Below are positions 55,501 to 64,000 of a DNA stretch of 64,000 nt, piece after piece. This DNA comes from Auanema rhodensis (taxonomy: Eukaryota; Animalia; Nematoda), in assembly GCA_964057225.1 (NCBI GenBank), contig OZ059898.1:16864001-16928000 (forward strand). Reading direction: 5' to 3'. How positions within the stretch are numbered: the stretch's first letter is position 1; every line of letters starts with the position of its first letter. Position numbers and translations under genes: made by a program. The notes under the pieces are model-generated. The model did no database searches. It had not been told where the DNA came from and was given only the letters and a program-made list of their open reading frames with translations.

Positions 55501-58500
55501 TTTTAAACTGCGTCGATCTGTGTTATCAGATTTGCGCTAGCTTAAAAATGCACCGAGATATCAACTGATATAAGTTCACACTTATATCCTCGATTTTCAC
55601 CCTGAAGAATTATTTTTTTCGTTGAATAACATTGTCCATCGTCTTTGCCTTGAAAAAAGGAATCTAAAAACATCTACTTTTTGCTAAATTATTCTGAAAT
55701 TTTTTGAAAAAATTTTTGTGAAAATGTTTTTGGAAGCAATTTTGAGTGTACATGGAAACTCAACATACACTAATGCATCATTTTTCAAACGATCATAACT
55801 AATTTTTGTATTAAGCGTTTCTCAATGTAGTATAGTGCATTTGATGCGGATTTTTAAGCTGCGTCGATCTGTGTTATCAAATTTGCGCTAGCTTAAAAAT
55901 GCACCGAGATATCAACTGATATAAGTTCACACTTATATCCTCGATTTTCACCCTGAAGAAATAATTTTTTCGTTGAATAACATTGTCCATCGTCTTTGCC
56001 TTAAAAAAAGGAATCTAAAAACATCTACTTTTTGCTAAATTATTCCGAAATTTTTCGAAAAAATTTTTGTCAAAATGTTTTTGGAAGCAATGTTGAGTGT
56101 ACATGGAAACTCAACATACACTAATGCATCATTTTTCAAACGATCATAACTAATTTTTGTATTAAGCGTTTCTCAATGTAGTATAGTGCATTCGATGCGG
56201 ATTTTTAAGCTGCGTCGATCTGTGTTATGAGATTTGCGCTAGCTTAAAAATGCACCGAGATATCAACTGATATAAGTTCACACTTATATCCTCGATTTTC
56301 ACCCTGAAGAATTAATTTTTTCGTTGAATAACATTGTCCATCGTCTTTGCTTTGAAAAAAGGAATCTAAAAACATCTACTTTTTGCTAAATTATTTTGAA
56401 ATTTTTCGAAAAAATTTTTGTCAAAATGTTTTTGGAAGCAATGTTGAGTGTACATGTAAACTCAACATACACTAATGCACCATTTTTCAAACAATCATAA
56501 CTAATTTTTGTATTAAGCGTTTTTCAATGTAGTATAGTGCATTTGATGCGGATTTTTAAGCTGCGTCGATCTGTGTTATCAGATTTGCGCTAGCTTAAAA
56601 ATGCACCGAGATATCAACTGATATAAGTTCACACTTATATCCTCGATTTTCACCCTGAAGAATTATTTTTTTCGTTGAATAACATTGTCCATCGTCTTTG
56701 CCTTGAAAAAAGGAATCTAAAAACATCTACTTTTTGCTAAATTATTCTGAAATTTTTTGAAAAAATTTTTGTGAAAATGTTTTTGGAAGCAATTTTGAGT
56801 GTACATGGAAACTCAACATACACTAATGCATCATTTTTCAAACGATCATAACTAATTTTTGTATTAAGCGTTTCTCAATGTAGTATAGTGCATTTGATGC
56901 GGATTTTTAAGCTGCGTCGATCTGTGTTATCAAATTTGCGCTAGCTTAAAAATGCACCGAGATATCAACTGATATAAGTTCACACTTATATCCTCGATTT
57001 TCACCCTGAAGAAATAATTTTTTCGTTGAATAACATTGTCCATCGTCTTTGCCTTGAAAAAAGGAATCTAAAAACATCTACTTTTTGCTAAATTATTCCG
57101 AAATTTTTCGAAAAAATTTTTGTCAAAATGTTTTTGGAAGCAATGTTGAGTGTACATGGAAACTCAACATACACTAATGCATCATTTTTCAAACGATCAT
57201 AACTAATTTTTGTATTAAGCGTTTCTCAATGTAGTATAGTGCATTCGATGCGGATTTTTAAGCTGCGTCGATCTGTGTTATCAGATTTGCGCTAGCTTAA
57301 AAATGCACCGAGACATCAACTGATATAAGTTCACACTTATATCCTCGATTTTCACCCTGAAGAAATAATTTTTTCGTTGAATAACCTTGTCCATCGTCTT
57401 TGCCTTGAAAAAAGAAATCTAAAAACATCTACTTTTTGCTAAATTATTTTGAAATTTTTTGAAAAAATTTTTGTGAAAATGTTTTTGGAAGCAATTTTGA
57501 GTGTACATGGAAACTCAACATACACTAATGCATCATTTTTCAAACGATCATAACTAATTTTTGTATTAAGCGTTTCTCAATGTAGTATAGTGCATTTGAT
57601 GCGGATTTTTAAGCTGCGTCGATCTGTGTTATCAAATTTGCGCTAGCTTAAAAATGCACCGAGATATCAACTGATATAAGTTCACACTTATATCCTCGAT
57701 TTTCACCCTGAAGAAATAATTTTTTCGTTGAATAACATTGTCCATCGTCTTTGCCTTGAAAAAAGGAATCTAAAAACATCTACTTTTTGCTAAATTATTC
57801 CGAAATTTTTCGAAAAAATTTTTGTCAAAATGTTTTTGGAAGCAATGTTGAGTGTACATGGAAACTCAACATACACTAATGCATCATTTTTCAAACGATC
57901 ATAACTAATTTTTGTATTAAGCGTTTCTCAATGTAGTATAGTGCATTCGATGCGGATTTTTAAGCTGCGTCGATCTGTGTTATCAGATTTGCGCTAGCTT
58001 AAAAATGCACCGAGACATCAACTGATATAAGTTCACACTTATATCCTCGATTTTCACCCTGAAGAAATAATTTTTTCGTTGAATAACCTTGTCCATCGTC
58101 TTTGCCTTGAAAAAAGAAATCTAAAAACATCTACTTTTTGCTAAATTATTTTGAAATTTTTCGAAAAAATTTTTGTCAAAATGTTTTTGGAAGCAATGTT
58201 GAGTGTACATGGAAACTCAACATACACTAATGCATCATTAGTCAAACGATCATAACTAATTTTTGTATTAAGCGTTTCTCAATGTAGTATAGTGCATTCG
58301 ATGCGGATTTTTAAGCTGCGTCGATCTGTGTTATCAGATTTGCGCAAGCTTAAAAATGCACCGAGATATCAACTGATATAAGTTCACACTTATATCCTCG
58401 ATTTTCACCCTGAAAAAATAATTTTTTCGTTGAATAACATTGTCCATCGTCTTTGCCTTGAAAAAAGGAATCCAAAAACATCTACTTTTTGCTAAATTAT

Positions 58501-61500
58501 TTTGAAATTTTTCGAAAAAATTTTTGTCAAAATGTTTTTGGAAGCAATGTTGAGTGTACATGGAAACTCAACATACACTAATGCATCATTTTTCAAACGA
58601 TCATAACTAATTTTTGTATTAAGCGTTTCTCAATGTAGTATAGTGCATTCGATGCGGATTTTTAAGCTGCGTCGATCTGTGTTATCAGATTTGCGCTAGC
58701 TTAAAAATGCACCGAGATATCAACTGATATAAGTTCACACTTATATCCTCGATTTTCACCCTGAAAAAATAATTTTTTCGTTGAATAACATTGTCCATCG
58801 TCTTTGCCTTGAAAAAAGGAATCCAAAAACATCTACTTTTTGCTAAATTATTTTGAAATTTTTCGAAAAAATTTTTGTCAAAATGTTTTTGGAAGCAATG
58901 TTGAGTGTACATGGAAACTCAACATACACTAATGCATCATTTTTCAAACGATCATAACTAATTTTTGTATTAAGCGTTTCTCAATGTAGTATAGTGCATT
59001 CGATGCGGATTTTTAAACTGCGTCGATCTGTGTTATCAGATTTGCGCTAGCTTAAAAATGCACCGAGATATCAACTGATATAAGTTCACACTTATATCTT
59101 CGATTTTCACCCTGAAGAATTAATTTTTTCGGTGAATAACATTGTCCATCGTCTTTGCCTTGAAAAAAGGAATTTCAAAACATCTACTTTTTGCTAAATT
59201 ATTCTGAAATTTTTCGAAAAAATTTTTGTCAAAATGTTTTTGGAAGCAATGTTGAGTGTACATGGAAACTCAACATACACTAATGCATCATTTTTCAAAC
59301 GATCATAACAAATTTTTGTATTAAGCGTTTCTCAATGTAGTATAGTGCATTCGATGCGGATTTTTAAGCTGCGTCGATCTGTGTTATGAGATTTGCGCTA
59401 GCTTAAAAATGCACCGAGATATCAACTGATATAAGTTCACACTTATATCCTCGATTTTCACCCTGAAGAATTAATTTTTTCGTTGAATAACATTGTCCAT
59501 CGTCTTTGCTTTGAAAAAAGGAATCTAAAAACATCTACTTTTTGCTAAATTATTTTGAAATTTTTCGAAAAAATTTTTGTCAAAATGTTTTTGGAAGCAA
59601 TGTTGAGTGTACATGTAAACTCAACATACACTAATGCATCATTAGTCAAACAATCATAACTAATTTTTGTATTAAGCGTTTTTCAATGTAGTATAGTGCA
59701 TTTGATGCGGATTTTTAAGCTGCGTCGATCTGTGTTATCAAATTTGCGCTAGCTTAAAAATGCACCGAGATATCAACTGATATAAGTTCACACTTATATC
59801 CTCGATTTTCACCCTGAAGAAATAATTTTTTCGTTGAATAACATTGTCCATCGTCTTTGCCTTGAAAAAAGAAATCTAAAAACATCTACTTTTTGCTAAA
59901 TTATTTTGAAATTTTTCGAAAAAATTTTTGTCAAAATGTTTTTGGAAGCAATGTTGAGTGTACATGGAAACTCAACATACACTAATGCATCATTAGTCAA
60001 ACGATCATAACTAATTTTTGTATTAAGCGTTTCTCAATGTAGTATAGTGCATTCGATGCGGATTTTTAAGCTGCGTCGATCTGTGTTATCAGATTTGCGC
60101 TAGCTTAAAAATGCACCGAGATATCAACTGATATAAGTTCACACTTATATCCTCGATTTTCACCCTGAAAAAATAATTTTTTCGTTGAATAACATTGTCC
60201 ATCGTCTTTGCCTTGAAAAAAGGAATCCAAAAACATCTACTTTTTGCTAAATTATTTTGAAATTTTTCGAAAAACTTTTTGTCAAAATGTTTTTGGAAGC
60301 AATGTTGAGTGTACATGGAAACTCAACATACACTAATGCATCATTTTTCAAACGATCATAACTAATTTTTGTATTAAGCGTTTCTCAATGTAGTATAGTG
60401 CATTCGATGCGGATTTTTAAACTGCGTCGATCTGTGTTATCAGATTTGCGCTAGCTTAAAAATGCACCGAGATATCAACTGATATAAGTTCACACTTATA
60501 TCTTCGATTTTCACCCTGAAGAATTAATTTTTTCGGTGAATAACATTGTCCATCGTCTTTGCCTTGAAAAAAGGAATTTCAAAACATCTACTTTTTGCTA
60601 AATTATTCTGAAATTTTTCGAAAAAATTTTTGTCAAAATGTTTTTGGAAGCAATGTTGAGTGTACATGGAAACTCAACATACACTAATGCATCATTTTTC
60701 AAACGATCATAACTAATTTTTGTATTAAGCGTTTCTCAATGCAGTATAGTGCATTCGATGCGGATTTTTAAGCTGCGTCGATCTGTGTTATCAGATTTGC
60801 GCTAGCTTAAAAATGCACCGAGATATCAACTGATATAAGTTCACACTTATATCCTCGATTTTCACCCTGAAGAATTAATTTTTTCGTTGAATAACATTGT
60901 CCATCGTCTTTGCCTTGAAAAAAGGAATCTAAAAACATCTACTTTTTGCTAAATTATTCTGAAATTTTTCGAAAAAATTTTTGTCAAAATGTTTTTGGAA
61001 GCAATGTTGAGTGTACATGGAAACTCAACATACACTAATGCATCATTTTTCAAACGATCATAACTAATTTTTGTATTAAGCGTTTCTCAATGTAGTATAG
61101 TGCATTCGATGCGGATTTTTAAGCTGCGTCGATCTGTGTCATCAGATTTGCGCTAGCTTAAAAATGCACCGAGATATCAACTGATATAAGTTCACACTTA
61201 TATCCTCAATTTTCACCCTGAAGAAATAATTTTTTCGTTGAATAACATTGTCCATCGTCTTTGCCTTGAAAAAAGGAATCTAAAAACATCTACTTTTTGC
61301 TAAATTATTTTGAAGTTTTTCGAAAAATTTTTGTCAAAATGTTTTTGGAAGCAATGTTGAGTGTACATGTAAACTCAACATACACTAATGCACCATTTTT
61401 CAAACAATCATAACTAATTTTTGTATTAAGCGTTTTTCAATGTAGTATAGTGCATTTGATGCGGATTTTTAAGCTGCGTCGATCTGTGTTATCAAATTTG

Positions 61501-64000
61501 CGCTAGCTTAAAAATGCACCGAGATATCAACTGATATAAGTTCACACTTATATCCTCGATTTTCACCCTGAAGAAATAATTTTTTCGTTGAATAACATTG
61601 TCTATCGTCTTTGCCTTGAAAAAAGGAATCTAAAAACATCTACTTTTTGCTAAATTATTCTGAAATTTTTCGAAAAAATTTTTGTCAAAATGTTTTTGGA
61701 AGCAATGTTGAGTGTACATGGAAACTCAACATACACTAATGCATCATTTTTCAAACGATCATAACTAATTTTTGTATTAAGCGTTTCTCAATGTAGTATA
61801 GTGCATTCGATGCGGATTTTTAAACTGCGTCGATCTGTGTTATCAGATTTGCGCTAGCTTAAAAATGCACCGAGATATCAACTGATATAAGTTCACACTT
61901 ATATCCTCGATTTTCACCCTGAAAAAATAATTTTTTCGTTGAATAACATTGTCCATCGTCTTTGCCTTGAAAAAAGGAATTTCAAAACATCTACTTTTTG
62001 CTAAATTATTCTGAAATTTTTCGAAAAAATTTTTGTCAAAATGTTTTTGGAAGCAATGTTGAGTGTACATGGAAACTCAACATACACTAATGCATCATTT
62101 TTCAAACGATCATAACTAATTTTTGTATTAAGCGTTTCTCAATGTAGTATAGTGCATTCGATGCGGATTTTTAAACTGCGTCGATCTGTGTTATCAGATT
62201 TGCGCTAGCTTAAAAATGCACCGAGATATCAACTGATATAAGTTCACACTTATATCCTCGATTTTCACCCTGAAAAAATAATTTTTTCGTTGAATAACAT
62301 TGTCCATCGTCTTTGCCTTGAAAAAAGGAATCCAAAAACATCTACTTTTTGCTAAATTATTTTGAAATTTTTCGAAAAAATTTTTGTCAAAATGTTTTTG
62401 GAAGCAATGTTGAGTGTACATGGAAACTCAACATACACTAATGCATCATTTTTCAAACGATCATAACTAATTTTTGTATTAAGCGTTTTTCAATGTAGTA
62501 TAGTGCATTTGATGCGGATTTTTAAGCTGCGTCGATCTGTGTTATCAAATTTGCGCTAGCTTAAAAATGCACCGAGATATCAACTGATATAAGTTCACAC
62601 TTATATCCTCGATTTTCACCCTGAAGAAATAATTTTTTCGTTGAATAACATTGTCCATCGTCTTTGCCTTGAAAAAAGGAATCTAAAAACATCTACTTTT
62701 TGCTAAATTATTCTGAAATTTTTCGAAAAAATTTTTGTCAAAATGTTTTTGGAAGCAATGTTGAGTGTACATGGAAACTCAACATACACTAATGCATCAT
62801 TTTTCAAACGATCATAACTAATTTTTGTATTAAGCGTTTTTCAATGTAGTATAGTGCATTCGATGCGGATTTTTAAACTGCGTCGATCTGTGTTATCAGA
62901 TTTGCGCTAGCTTAAAAATGCACCGAGATATCAACTGATATAAGTTCACACTTATATCTTCGATTTTCACCCTGAAGAATTAATTTTTTCGGTGAATAAC
63001 ATTGTCCATCGTCTTTGCCTTGAAAAAAGGAATTTCAAAACATCTACTTTTTGCTAAATTATTCTGAAATTTTTCGAAAAAATTTTTGTCAAAATGTTTT
63101 TGGAAGCAATGTTGAGTGTACATGGAAACTCAACATACACTAATGCATCATTTTTCAAACGATCATAACTATTTTTTGTATTAAGCGTTTCTCAATGTAG
63201 TATAGTGCATTCGATGCGGATTTTTAAGCTGCGTCGATCTGTGTTATCAGATTTGCGCTAGCTTAAAAATGCACCGAGATATCAACTGATATAAGTTCAC
63301 ACTTATATCCTCGATTTTCACCCTGAAGAATTAATTTTTTCGTTGAATAACATTGTCCATCGTCTTTGCCTTGAAAAAAGGAATCTAAAAACATCTACTT
63401 TTTGCTAAATTATTTTGAAGTTTTTCGAAAAATTTTTGTCAAAATGTTTTTGGAAGCAATGTTGAGTGTACATGTAAACTCAACATACACTAATGCACCA
63501 TTTTTCAAACAATCATAACTAATTTTTGTATTAAGCGTTTTTCAATGTAGTATAGTGCATTTGATGCGGATTTTTAAGCTGCGTCGATCTGTGTTATCAA
63601 ATTTGCGCTAGCTTAAAAATGCACCGAGATATCAACTGATATAAGTTCACACTTATATCCTCGATTTTCACCCTGAAGAAATAATTTTTTCGTTGAATAA
63701 CATTGTCCATCGTCTTTGCCTTGAAAAAAGGAATCTAAAAACATCTACTTTTTGCTAAATTATTCTGAAATTTTTCGAAAAAATTTTTGTCAAAATGTTT
63801 TTGGAAGCAATGTTGAGTGTACATGGAAACTCAACATACACTAATGCATCATTTTTCAAACGATCATAACTAATTTTTGTATTAAGCGTTTCTCAATGTA
63901 GTATAGTGCATTCGATGCGGATTTTTAAACTGCGTCGATCTGTGTTATCAGATTTGCGCTAGCTTAAAAATGCACCGAGATATCAACTGATATAAGTTCA
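37565..64000 (+). repeat. Variant domain B of the satellite (distinct set of monomer alleles)
   Basis: Alleles GAGACATC, GAATTATTTT, CTGAAAAAATA, GGAATCC, GGAATTTC, CATTAGTC, TTGTGAAAA, TATTCCGA and TTCGGTGA occur here and were not seen before ~37.5 kb. Confidence 0.85.
48093..52304 (+). repeat. Recent tandem duplication of a 6-monomer unit (2106 bp)
   Basis: Private SNP GTATTGAGCG occurs at 49496 and 51602. The six monomer types occur in the same order in 48093-50198 and 50199-52304. Confidence 0.9.

Larger units (their letters stand above)
1..64000. repeat. Satellite DNA array of ~351-bp monomers, head-to-tail, ~182.3 copies, extending past both window edges
   Basis: The motif AGCGTTTCTCAATGTAGTATAGTGCATT recurs at 1, 351, 702, 1053 ... 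63534, 63885 with a 349-352 bp period. No non-repeat sequence or inversion was seen. Offsets in the ORF track are multiples of ~351. Confidence 0.99.

Noticed and set aside
1116-62421. 63-75 aa ORFs on the minus strand as protein-coding genes
   Set aside because: They are the same segment of the repeat, open in only a minority of copies and interrupted by stops in the consensus. No recognisable domain, and the composition reflects A/T tracts.
1-64000. CRISPR-like array with palindromic repeats
   Set aside because: The sequence between palindromes is identical from unit to unit. There are no unique spacers and no cas genes.

Overview
The whole 64,000-bp window is one uninterrupted head-to-tail tandem array of an AT-rich monomer of about 351 bp (110/350 = ~31% GC in the first copy, hand count). 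It holds about 182 complete copies plus a 116-bp partial copy, all in the same orientation, with lengths of 349-352 bp and only a few differences from consensus per copy. This is satellite DNA, most plausibly from a eukaryotic (peri)centromeric or heterochromatic region; I cannot identify the species or family from the sequence alone. I found no credible protein-coding genes, RNA genes, transposon insertions or CRISPR spacers, and the 75-aa ORFs are by-products of the repeat. The informative structure is at two scales. Within the monomer there are four dyad symmetries, including a near-perfect 28-bp palindrome, and a run of roughly helically spaced A/T tracts. Across the array, the order of monomer variants shows a ~16.85-kb (48-monomer) block duplication with later internal edits, several recent 6-mer, 2-mer and 3-mer duplications, chimeric junction monomers, and a switch between two variant domains at about 35.1-37.6 kb. 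Monomer numbers (M1 starting at base 1, register AGCGTTTCTC) and variant calls were made by eye and need confirmation by alignment.
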